This document shows positions 1 through 8,402 of a stretch of 30,965 bases of DNA, one piece after another. Source of the stretch: Candidatus Methylomirabilia bacterium (GTDB lineage: Bacteria > Methylomirabilota > Methylomirabilia > Rokubacteriales > CSP1-6). The translations under genes and the position numbers were made by a program. The stretch is taken from assembly GCA_041497895.1 (NCBI GenBank), contig JBGQHJ010000045.1, positions 1 through 30,965 of the forward strand, read 5' to 3'. The notes beneath the pieces were generated by a model. That model was not told the origin of the DNA, searched no databases, and saw only the letters and a program-made list of their open reading frames with translations. Positions within the stretch are counted from its first letter, which is position 1. The number at the start of each line of letters is the position of its first letter.

Positions 1-371
1 AGTTCGACCACGCGTTTCAGGCGATCGTCGGCCAGCGGTCCGGGGCGCTCGTCATGCTGGCGGATCGGCTCTTCCTGCATCACCGGGCGCGAATCGTCGA
101 GTTCACCGCCCGGCACCGGCTCCCGGCGGTGTACGCCTACAGTGAGCTGGTGGAGGTCGGCGGGCTGATGTCCTTCGGACCGAGCTATCCCGAGATGCAC
201 CGGCGTGCCGCCTACTACGTGGACAAGATCCTCAGGGGCGCGAAGCCCGCCGACCTCCCCGTGGAGGAGCCCACCACGTTCGAGCTGGTCATCAACCTCA
301 AGACCGCAAAGGCCCTCGGCCTGACGATCCCGCCGTCGCTCCTGCAGCGGGCGGACCAGGTGATCGAGTAA
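1..371 (+). CDS. ABC transporter substrate-binding protein (ABC_sub_bind/PF04392-like), 5' end outside window
   Basis: Frame open from base 3 (FDHAFQAIVGQRSGALVMLADR...). Characteristic C-terminus GGLMSFGP...YVDKILRGAKPADLPVEEPTTFELVINLKTAKALGLTIPPSLLQRADQVIE. Confidence 0.9.
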   Translation, partial: FDHAFQAIVGQRSGALVMLADRLFLHHRARIVEFTARHRLPAVYAYSELVEVGGLMSFGPSYPEMHRRAAYYVDKILRGAKPADLPVEEPTTFELVINLKTAKALGLTIPPSLLQRADQVIE

Positions 372-387
372 GCCGGGAGGGGAAGTG

Positions 388-1585
388 ATGGCTGACAGCC
401 TCGGGCTCGACGCCTGGTGGGACGAGCCGGCCTACAAGGCCGCGCAGGGCACCTTCACGGAGCGCGGCGCGTTCATCCTCGCCAAGCTCGAGGCCCACGA
501 CAGCCGCCAAGCTGAAGGACGTGCTGGCCGATGTGTACCGCGACGACCTCCCGGACCCGGCAGAACAGCGCGAGAGCCTGGCCCTCCGCACGGCGATCCT
601 GCTCACCGGCCGGCCCCCGGATGCCGAGCCGAAAGTGACCGACCTGACCGTGTCCGCCGCGCTCAAGCGCTTCGAGACCGGCGCCTTCCCCACGCTCGAG
701 CCTCGCACGCGCGTCACGTACCGGGCGCTGATGATCCCGCTCCGCGCCCACCTCGGCGACCGGCGCCTCTCCGCGCTCGCCCCGCTCGACCTGGAACGCT
801 ACAAGCGCGACCGCACCGCGCCCGCGCCGAGGCGCCGGAACACGCACACTGGGACGGTCTCCTGCAATCGAGAGCTGGCCCTGCTCAGTGCCGTGATCGA
901 ACGCTGCAAGACCTGGGAGCTGACGACCCGCACCGATAACCCCGTGGCGAAGGTCCGACGGTTCAAGGAGCCGAAGAGCCCCGAACGCATTTTGAGCTAC
1001 GCGGAGGAGGATGCCCTGCTTGCCGCGCTCCCCGAACCCCACCGGACGCTGACCAAACTCGCGCTAGAGACCGGCATCCGCCTCCAGCGGGAGGGCATCC
1101 CGCTGACCTGGACCGACTTCGATCTCACCAAAGGGCACCTGCACATCAAGGCCCGCAACGCCAAGAGCGGCCGCGAGCGGTGGATCCCACTGAGCGCCAG
1201 CATGGTGGCGCGCCTGCGCGAGATGCAGGCGGCCAGCACCAACCCGTTAGCCTTTCCGGCCCGCCGCGGCGGCCTGCTCCGTCGGTTCCGAACGACCTAC
1301 TTCGAGACCGTGCGGAAGCTGGGACTGGCGGGGACCAGGCTCGGAATCCACACGCTCAGACATACCTGGGCAACCAGGTTCTATGAGGCGACGGGCGACC
1401 TGCTGCTCCTCCAGCGGTTGGGAGGGTGGGCGAACCTCGCCATGGTCCAGCGGTACGCCCATGCCCGACAGGAGCGGGCCGCAGCCGCGATTCAGCAGAT
1501 GGTGAACGCTCGGGAGGCCGCGGAGCGCCACGAGCCCCCGCAGATCTCCCCACGCGCGATGGAGGCGGTGCCGCGATCCTCGTGA
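388..1585 (+). mobile_element. Tyrosine recombinase/phage-type integrase; uninterrupted ORF is 521-1585, probable true start at 385/388 with a +1 frameshift near 494-505
   Basis: Catalytic motifs present: ETGIR (Arg I), KSG (Lys), HTLRH (HxxR), LGGW (H/W) and MVQRY (Tyr). RBS-like GGGAGG lies before GTG385/ATG388, not before 521. Confidence 0.85.
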
Positions 1586-1638
1586 TCTCACTGACCAGAA
1601 CGCGTCTGCGGGCCGCCGTCCGCTATACTGTGCCATGG

Positions 1639-2268
1639 ATGCTCCGGGTCGTCGCCGTACCGTTGGGCGCGCTCCTGTGCGCGCTCGCGCTCCTCGCGCC
1701 GGCGGGTCCCGTCCGCGGCGTCGCTCCGGCGGGCGCGCAGACGGACCGAAACCTGGCCGGGCAGCTTCTGGTCGCCACCGAGGGGCTCCAGGATCCGCGC
1801 TTCGCGCGCACCGTGGTCTATGTGGTCCGCCACGACGCGGACGGCGCGTTCGGGCTGGTGGTCAACCGGCCCGGGCCCGAGATGCCGCTGGCCCCTCTGC
1901 TGCGCCAGTTCGGCCTCGACGACCGGGGCGTCACCGGCGGAATCCGCGCGCACTACGGCGGGCCGGTGGAGCCCGGGCGCGGGTTCGTGCTGCACACCGC
2001 GGAGTACGCGACCGCGGGCACCGAGCACCTCGCGGGCGACCTGGCGCTGACCTCGCAGCCGGCCGTGCTCGGCGACATCGCGCGGGGGACGGGGCCGCGC
2101 CGCTACCGGCTCCTGCATGGCTACGCGGGCTGGCGCGGCGGGCAGATCGAGGGCGAGATCGACGCCGGCGCCTGGATCACCGCGAGCGTCGACGCCGACA
2201 TCCTCTTCGACGACGACTACGCCACGAAGTGGGACCGCGCGATGGCTCGCCGCCGCCTCACCATCTGA
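1639..2268 (+). CDS. YqgE/AlgH family protein (DUF179) with N-terminal signal-like segment
   Basis: GQLLVAT...DPRFARTVVYV..H...GAFGLVVNRP, YGGPVEPGRGFVLH and GYAGW..GQIEGEI..GAW motifs. TATACT at 1624-1629. Confidence 0.9.
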   Translation: MLRVVAVPLGALLCALALLAPAGPVRGVAPAGAQTDRNLAGQLLVATEGLQDPRFARTVVYVVRHDADGAFGLVVNRPGPEMPLAPLLRQFGLDDRGVTGGIRAHYGGPVEPGRGFVLHTAEYATAGTEHLAGDLALTSQPAVLGDIARGTGPRRYRLLHGYAGWRGGQIEGEIDAGAWITASVDADILFDDDYATKWDRAMARRRLTI

Positions 2269-2270
2269 TC

Positions 2271-2355
2271 GGGGTCAGGTCTTACATTCCGACATTTTCG
2301 TGCCCGGGGGCCTCGCCTCCCGCCGGAAAAATGTCGGAATGTAAGCCCTGACCCC
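2271..2355. repeat. REP/MITE-like palindrome, copy 1 (GGGGTCAGGTCTTACATTCCGACATTTT...AAAATGTCGGAATGTAAGcCCTGACCCC)
   Basis: 28-bp inverted arms at 2271-2298 and 2328-2355 with one mismatch. Lies between convergent stop codons. Second copy at 30337-30423. Confidence 0.9.
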
Positions 2356-2356
2356 A

Positions 2357-3949
2357 CTAGTAGGTGGGAGCGGCGAGGCCGACGATCGGGATGTTGACGA
2401 TGGCGGGGATGCCGGCGCGCAGCGCGCGGTCGAGCGCGGGCTCGAGGTCGGCGGCGCGCTCGACGTGCTCACCGTGGGCGCCGAGGGCCGCGGCCATCTG
2501 GTCGTAGCGCGACGCCCTGAGCTCGCAGCCCACCGTCCGGTCGGCGCCGTAGTGCTGGAGCTGGAGCTGATGCTCCGCGTTCCAGCGCGCGTCGTTGCCG
2601 ATCACCGTGACCACCGGCAGGCGGTAGCGCACGGCCGTGTCCAGCTCGAAGGCGTGAAAGCCGAAGGTGCCGTCGCCCAGCGCCGCGATCACCGGGCGGT
2701 CGGGGTAACGCAGGCGCGCCGCGATGGCCATCGGGATCGCCGCGCCGATGGCGCCGGCCACGCCGTTGATCAGCCGCGGTGACGCCTCGACCCCCGCCTG
2801 GACCCACTGGCCGAACTCGCCGCCGTCGACGACCAGGATCGCTCCGCGGTCCACGTGCGGCTGGAGCGCCGCGCATACCCGCAGCGGGTGGATTGGCGCC
2901 TGATCCGATCGCCGCGCCGCTTCCCACCCCGCCGGAGCGGTGGCGCGCGCCCGCCGTACCTCCTCACCCCACGCGTGATGCGACCACGCCCGCCCGCGCG
3001 CCGCGACGGCGAGCTGGTCGGCGATCGCCGCGGGGTCGGCCACGATGCCCTGCGCCGAGCCGCCCCGCAGGGATACCGGGTCGACATCGATCTGAATCAC
3101 GCGGCAGCCGGGGCCGAAGGCCGACTCCTGGGCGAAGCGGACCGTGAAGTCGGCCTTCTTGCCCAGCAGCAGGAGCAGGTCCGCCTCCTTCAGGAGCGGC
3201 GCGGCCAGGTGCAGCCACGGGTCGTTGAAGCCGCGCGGACTCTCCATCGCGAGCGCCGGCACGCCGGTCGCCGCGCTCAGGCGGCCGACCGCGGCGGCCC
3301 GCGCGCCCCGCGCCATCGCGGGCCCCAGCAGCACGAGCGGCCGCCGCGCCTCGGCGAGCAGCGCGAGCACGCGCTCCACGGTCGCGGCCGGCGCGGCGGC
3401 CGGTGCCTCCACCCGCGGCGCGCGCGCGGGCGCGCCGTCGCCGACCCTGGCCTCGAGGAGATCGCCGGGCAGGCTCACGTGGACGGGCCCGGGCCGCCCG
3501 CTCCGCGCCAGCTCCAGCGCGACGGTGATGTCTTCCCCGAGCCGGCTCGCGTCCTTGGCCATCCACGAGGCCTTGGCGACCGGCGCGGCCACCGCGGCCT
3601 GGTCCACCTCCTGGAAGCCGCCGCGGCCGAGCTGCCCGAGCGGGGCGTGCCCGCTCAGCAGCACCAGCGGCGACTCGGCCATCAGCGCGGTGTAGAGCGC
3701 GGAGACCGCGTTGCAGTGACCGGGGCCGGCGGTGACGAGGGCCACCGCGGGCTCGTCGGTGAGCCGGCCCCACGCGTCCGCCATGTGCACGGCCGCCGCC
3801 TCGTGGCGCGTGTGCAGGATGGAGAGCCGGCGGCTCTCGAGGGTGGCGTCGTAGAGCGACAGGATGTGATTGCCGGAGAGCGAGAAGAGGTGACGGATCC
3901 CCGCCGCCTCGATGGCCTCCACCACCAGGTGCGCGCCGGTGCGCGTCAT
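2357..3949 (-). CDS. Thiamine diphosphate-dependent enzyme (acetolactate synthase/2-hydroxyacyl-CoA lyase-like)
   Basis: Start MTRTGAHLVVEAI at 3949. RHEAAAVHMADAW, VTAGPG and the ThDP motif GDGTFGF...GND are present. Confidence 0.9.
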   Translation of the reverse strand: MTRTGAHLVVEAIEAAGIRHLFSLSGNHILSLYDATLESRRLSILHTRHEAAAVHMADAWGRLTDEPAVALVTAGPGHCNAVSALYTALMAESPLVLLSGHAPLGQLGRGGFQEVDQAAVAAPVAKASWMAKDASRLGEDITVALELARSGRPGPVHVSLPGDLLEARVGDGAPARAPRVEAPAAAPAATVERVLALLAEARRPLVLLGPAMARGARAAAVGRLSAATGVPALAMESPRGFNDPWLHLAAPLLKEADLLLLLGKKADFTVRFAQESAFGPGCRVIQIDVDPVSLRGGSAQGIVADPAAIADQLAVAARGRAWSHHAWGEEVRRARATAPAGWEAARRSDQAPIHPLRVCAALQPHVDRGAILVVDGGEFGQWVQAGVEASPRLINGVAGAIGAAIPMAIAARLRYPDRPVIAALGDGTFGFHAFELDTAVRYRLPVVTVIGNDARWNAEHQLQLQHYGADRTVGCELRASRYDQMAAALGAHGEHVERAADLEPALDRALRAGIPAIVNIPIVGLAAPTY

Positions 3950-3966
3950 CGGAGCCCGGGGCGGCC

Positions 3967-5028
3967 TCAGCGCACCCGGCCGCGCGCCGCGACCGGCCAC
4001 ACCACCTCGACCGCGCCGCGCCGCACGCCGTAGATCTCGTCCACCATGTTGGTGACCACGCAGCAGTGGTTCGGCACCACGCTCACCACCTCGCCCACCT
4101 TGGGCCGCTCCGCGCACCCCGAGAGGTCGACCACCGCGTGCTCCTCGGAGAGATGCGTCACCTGCGCCTCCGGGTACTCCATCAGGTGGCCGTAGCCCTT
4201 CATGTGGTAGAGATCCGAGGTGAGCACCTTGCTCCCCGCGTCGAGCACCCCGCGGTCGTCGGTGGGTCGGCTCACCACGGTGGCGCGCACCCGCATCGCG
4301 CACTGGTCCCACGTCGCGGTGCCGCTCGCCACCACCATCGCGTCGTTGTAGACGCAGGTGCCGGCGCGGTGCTCGGTCAGCATCGGGAAGCGTTCCACGG
4401 TGGCGAGCGCGGGCGTGCCCCCGCCCGAGACCACCTCCACCGGGATGCCGGCCCGCGCGAACAGCGGGAGCGCCCGCTCGAAGAACTCGCGCGTCTCGGG
4501 ATCCCGGTTCGGAAAGGTCATCAGGCCCTTGAACTGGAGACCGGGGCGCGCCAGGGCCTGCCGCGCGAGGGCGAGCGCCTCGTCGGGTGTCTGCACGCCG
4601 GTGCGGCGGAAGCCGGTATCGCACTCGATCAGGAACGGCAGGTCCCGCTGGGCCCGGCGGGCCGCGTCCGACAGCTCGCGGGCCACCACGTCGTTGTCCA
4701 GCACCACCGCGAGGCGCGGCACCCGGCGGGCCAGCGCCATCAGCCGCTCGGTCTTGGCCGGGCCCAGGATGTTGTAGGTCAGCAGCACGTCGTCGGCCAC
4801 GCCCGCGTCCGCGAAGACCTCGACCTCGCCGAGCTTCTGACAGGTGATGCCGACCGCCCCCGCCGCCATCTGCATCTTTCCGATCGCGGGAATCTTGTGG
4901 GTCTTGATGTGCGGGCGGTTGGCGATGCGGTGCCGGTCGAGATGGGCCTGCACCCGGCGGATGTTGTCCTCCATCACGTCCAGGTGCACCGTGACCGCCG
5001 GCGTCTCGAGATCGGTGATCGTGGTCAT
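3967..5028 (-). CDS. D-threonine aldolase/DSD1 family PLP-dependent enzyme (fold type III)
   Basis: LETP, RPHIKTHK (PLP Lys), SGGGTP, RAGTCVYND, LSEEH and PNHCC motifs. Start MTTITD at 5028. Confidence 0.9.
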   Translation of the reverse strand: MTTITDLETPAVTVHLDVMEDNIRRVQAHLDRHRIANRPHIKTHKIPAIGKMQMAAGAVGITCQKLGEVEVFADAGVADDVLLTYNILGPAKTERLMALARRVPRLAVVLDNDVVARELSDAARRAQRDLPFLIECDTGFRRTGVQTPDEALALARQALARPGLQFKGLMTFPNRDPETREFFERALPLFARAGIPVEVVSGGGTPALATVERFPMLTEHRAGTCVYNDAMVVASGTATWDQCAMRVRATVVSRPTDDRGVLDAGSKVLTSDLYHMKGYGHLMEYPEAQVTHLSEEHAVVDLSGCAERPKVGEVVSVVPNHCCVVTNMVDEIYGVRRGAVEVVWPVAARGRVR

Positions 5029-5135
5029 GGACGGCTCTCCTCGTGGCCGGACGCGGCGCTGCCGGCCGGTCCCGACCCGCTCTCTTATACCAGAAGCGGG
5101 TTGGCCTCGATCGGCCAACGACGTAGACTCGGCCC

Positions 5136-5948
5136 ATGCTTCCCCGGGGGCGCGGCGTGCTGATGGGCCTGGCCCTGGGCCTGCTGGGCGCGCTCGTCTC
5201 CGCGCCCACGCCGGCGGTGGGCCAGGAGAACTTCGAGATCCAGGTCTACGGATCGGAGACGGTGCCGCCCGGCGCCACCATGGTGGAGCTGCACAGCAAC
5301 GTGGCCGCGGTCGGCACCACCCGCACCGAGGATGGCGTGCTCCGGACGCAGGGGGCCTTCCACGAGACCCTCGAGGTCACCCAGGGCTTCACCCCGTGGC
5401 TCGAGACCGGCTTCTACGTCTTCACCTCGATCCAGCCCGACACCACGTGGGAGTGGGTGGGCAGCCACATCCGCCCGCGCGTGCGCGCGCCCGAGAGCTG
5501 GGAGCTCCCGGTCGGCCTGAGCCTCTCGGCCGAGATCGGCTACCAGCGCCGGGCCTTCTCTCCCGACGCGTGGACGGTCGAGCTGCGCCCGATCATCGAC
5601 AAGCAGTGGGCGCGCTGGTACGTCGCGCTCAACCCGGCCTTCGAGCGGGCGATCGAGGGAGACAACGTCGGCCGGGGCTTCGAGTTCTCCCCCGCCGCCA
5701 AGGTCAGCTACAGCGTCACGCCGAAGGTGGCGGTCGGGCTCGAGTACTACGGCGCGCTCGGGCCCGTCACCCACATCGACCGCCGCCGCGACCAGCAGCA
5801 CCAGATCTTCCCGGTGGTCGACCTCGACCTCGGCCCCCGCTGGGAGTTCAACGCCGGCATCGGCTTCGGCCTCACCCCCAGCACCGACCGCCTGATCATC
5901 AAGATGATCCTCGGCTACCGCTTCGACTGGGGCACCACCCCCAAGTAG
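5136..5948 (+). CDS. Exported protein, probable outer-membrane beta-barrel
   Basis: Signal peptide ending ...AVG/QENFEIQVY. Amphipathic aromatic-rich beta strands. C-terminal ILGYRFDW. Confidence 0.65.
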   Translation: MLPRGRGVLMGLALGLLGALVSAPTPAVGQENFEIQVYGSETVPPGATMVELHSNVAAVGTTRTEDGVLRTQGAFHETLEVTQGFTPWLETGFYVFTSIQPDTTWEWVGSHIRPRVRAPESWELPVGLSLSAEIGYQRRAFSPDAWTVELRPIIDKQWARWYVALNPAFERAIEGDNVGRGFEFSPAAKVSYSVTPKVAVGLEYYGALGPVTHIDRRRDQQHQIFPVVDLDLGPRWEFNAGIGFGLTPSTDRLIIKMILGYRFDWGTTPK

Positions 5949-5960
5949 CGCCGCCGCCGG

Positions 5961-6773
5961 CTAGCGACCGAGGGCTCTCCGCTTCCAGAGCTCCCACGGA
6001 CGTCCGAGCGTGCCGGCGATCGATGCCTCCGCGCGTGTCGCCTCCTCCGGGCTCAGGTAGGTGACGCCGCCACCCAGGGCGAGGGCCTGGCCCTGCAGGC
6101 GGGCGTTGACCTCGGTGTACACGCTGCGGAATACCACCTGCGGCAGGGACGTGCCGACCACCACCACTCCGTGCCCGCGCATGAGCACGACCGGCCGCGC
6201 CCCCAGCGTCTGGGCCAGGGCCCGGCCGAGGGCCTGCGTGCGCACCAGCATGTCGGTGTCGCCGCCGGCCGCCGCGTGGATGTCCCACACCGGGACCCCA
6301 CCGGAGAGGAACGCGCTCATGTGATAGAGCGGCCGCAGGGGCACACCGGTCACCCCGAACGGAATCACCGAGGGCGAGTGGCTGTGGACGATCGCCCGCA
6401 CGTCCGGCCGCGCCCGGTAGATCGCGCCGTGGATGAATCGCTCGAGGTAGCTCGTGCGGCCGCCCGCCGCCACCGGCTCGCTCTCGAGGTCGTACTCGAG
6501 CACGTCGGCCGCGGTGACCAGCTCCGGCGCGATCGAGCGCGACATAAGGAACCGGGCGGGATCGCGATCGTGCCGCGCGCTCACGTGGCCGTAGCCGTCG
6601 AGCACCCCCTGATCGACCAGGATGCGATTGGCCGCGACCAGGTCCGCCAGGAACTGCGGGTCCGGGGGACCCGCGGAGACGGGCTGCGCGGCGCCCGGGC
6701 GCGACGCGGCGAGCCCGGCGCCGAGCGCGGCCACCGCGCCGGCCACGAAGCCTCGGCGAGTCACCCCGATCAT
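5961..6773 (-). CDS. Class II aldolase/adducin family protein (decarboxylase-like subgroup) with Tat signal
   Basis: GHVS, ERFIHGAIYRARPDV..IVHSHS and LMRGHG metal-binding motifs. N-terminus MIGVTRRGFVAGA. Confidence 0.88.
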   Translation of the reverse strand: MIGVTRRGFVAGAVAALGAGLAASRPGAAQPVSAGPPDPQFLADLVAANRILVDQGVLDGYGHVSARHDRDPARFLMSRSIAPELVTAADVLEYDLESEPVAAGGRTSYLERFIHGAIYRARPDVRAIVHSHSPSVIPFGVTGVPLRPLYHMSAFLSGGVPVWDIHAAAGGDTDMLVRTQALGRALAQTLGARPVVLMRGHGVVVVGTSLPQVVFRSVYTEVNARLQGQALALGGGVTYLSPEEATRAEASIAGTLGRPWELWKRRALGR

Positions 6774-6781
6774 GGAGCCTC

Positions 6782-7138
6782 CTAGGGCGCCGAGACGGTC
6801 TGCCCGTTCCCGCTCGACGTGACGGTGAACGACTCGCCCTGGCGCGTGTACGCGTAGGCCGACCAGCCGGTGGGCGGCGTGGGGATGGAGCCGAGCACGG
6901 GGCCGCACGGCGCGCCCCCCACCGTGGTCTGGGTCACGAGGGCCTCGAGCGAATCGGGCAGCGCCCCGCAGGTGACGCGGTACGTGTTCACCGCCGTCGC
7001 GATGGTCTGGGCGTCGGTGCGGGCCTTGGTGGTCCGCGCCAGCGGCAGGTCCTCGCGCACCGCCTTCTCCTCCCGCTCGCACGCGGAGAGCGCGAGCAGC
7101 AGTCCCGCGACGATCGCCATCCGGCCGAGAATCCTCAC
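6782..7138 (-). CDS. Lipoprotein with GspG/pseudopilin-like C-terminal domain
   Basis: Lipobox LLLALSA/C, then DAQTIATAVNTYR...LPDSLEAL...IPTPP.GW..YAY...FTVTSSG, which resembles the T2SSG head domain. Confidence 0.6.
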   Translation of the reverse strand: MRILGRMAIVAGLLLALSACEREEKAVREDLPLARTTKARTDAQTIATAVNTYRVTCGALPDSLEALVTQTTVGGAPCGPVLGSIPTPPTGWSAYAYTRQGESFTVTSSGNGQTVSAP

Positions 7139-7250
7139 CCGCCCGTCCTTTCCCTCGAGAAAATCCGACGCGCCCGTCGAGTTGTGACAGAATCATACGC
7201 CGCTCGGGCATATCCCGCCAAGCGGCGACCCTCAATCAAAGGAGATGACG

Positions 7251-7598
7251 ATGAGCATCAAGCGGCACGGCGTCGGCCCCCGGCTCAGCCAGGCGGTCGT
7301 CCACGGCAACACGGTGTACCTGGCCGGCATCATCGCGGGAGATCCCTCCGCGGACGCCAAGGGCCAGACCGAGCAGATCTTGAAGAAGATCGACGAGCAC
7401 CTGGCCGCGGTCGGCAGCCACAAGTCCAAGCTGCTCTCGGCCACCATCTACGTCGCCAACATGGGGCTCTTCGGCGAGATGAACTCGGCGTGGGACGCGT
7501 GGGTCGACCCGGCCAATACCCCGGCCCGGGCCACCGTCGAGGCCCGGCTGGCCGCCCCCAAGTACCTCGTCGAGATCATGGCGGTCGCGGCGATCTGA
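7251..7598 (+). CDS. RidA/YjgF family protein (YoaB-like)
   Basis: RLSQAVVHGNTVYLAG...MNSAWDAWV...PARATVEARLA..KYLVEI. AAAGGAG RBS suits ATG7251 (alternative start 7245). Confidence 0.92.
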   Translation: MSIKRHGVGPRLSQAVVHGNTVYLAGIIAGDPSADAKGQTEQILKKIDEHLAAVGSHKSKLLSATIYVANMGLFGEMNSAWDAWVDPANTPARATVEARLAAPKYLVEIMAVAAI

Positions 7599-8383
7599 TG
7601 GCCACCCCGGCGGCCCGGCGGTTCGAGGGCAAGGTGGTGCTGATCACCGGCGCCGCCGGCGGCATCGGGCGCGCCGCCGCGGTGCGCTTCGCGGCGGAGG
7701 GCGCGCGCCTCGGGCTCGTGGACCTCTCGCGCGATGGCCTCCGCGAGACCCAGGCCGCGGTCGAGAAGGCGGGCGGCGTCGGCCACGCCGTCGAGGCCGA
7801 CGTCACCCGCTCGGCCGACGTGGCGCGCTACGCGGCCGCGGTGGCCGAGCGGTGGGGCGGCGTCGACTGCTTCTTCAACAACGCGGGCATCCTGGGAGAC
7901 GTCCGGGCGCTCGTGGACTACCCGGAGGAGACCTTCGACCGGGTGCTCGCGGTCAACGTGAAGGGCGTGTGGCTCGGCATCAAGACGGTGGCCCCGCTGC
8001 TCCGCGCGCGCGGCGGGGGCGTCATCGTGAACACCGCCTCCATCGCGGGGCTGCGCGGCTCGCGCAACCTGGTGGCCTACACCGCGAGCAAGCACGCGGT
8101 GGTGGGGCTCACCCGCACCGCCGCGCTCGAGCTGGCCCCCGCCGGGATCCGGGTCAACGCGGTCTGCCCGAGCCCGATCGACACCGCGATGGTGCGGGAC
8201 CTCGAGGCGGGGGCCAGCCCTGCGAACCCCGCCGCGTTCCACGAGCGCATGGCCGGGACCATCCCGCTCCGGCGCTACGGCCAGCCCGAGGAGGTGGCGG
8301 CGCTGGTGGCGTTCCTCTGCAGCGCGGACGCGGGATACGTGACCGGCGGGATCTACACGGTGGACGGCGGCTCGATGGCCTGA
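7598..8383 (+). CDS. Short-chain dehydrogenase/reductase (SDR)
   Basis: TGAAGGIG, NNAG and YTASK motifs. TGATG stop/start overlap with the RidA gene. Confidence 0.93.
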   Translation: MATPAARRFEGKVVLITGAAGGIGRAAAVRFAAEGARLGLVDLSRDGLRETQAAVEKAGGVGHAVEADVTRSADVARYAAAVAERWGGVDCFFNNAGILGDVRALVDYPEETFDRVLAVNVKGVWLGIKTVAPLLRARGGGVIVNTASIAGLRGSRNLVAYTASKHAVVGLTRTAALELAPAGIRVNAVCPSPIDTAMVRDLEAGASPANPAAFHERMAGTIPLRRYGQPEEVAALVAFLCSADAGYVTGGIYTVDGGSMA

Positions 8384-8402
8384 GCCGCGGGAGCGGGCGC
8401 GG

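Noticed and set aside
1586..1635. tRNA or att site after the integrase
   Set aside because: No cloverleaf or T-loop/CCA pattern, and no matching direct repeat that I could see in the window.
3950..5209. N-terminal extension of the 950-aa ORF 2357-5209 (likewise the extensions of 5961-7235, 8403-10079, 15909-17780 and 21940-24498)
   Set aside because: These are Arg/Gly/Pro-rich off-frame or antisense read-throughs of neighbouring real genes, expected in very high-GC DNA. The true starts are internal.
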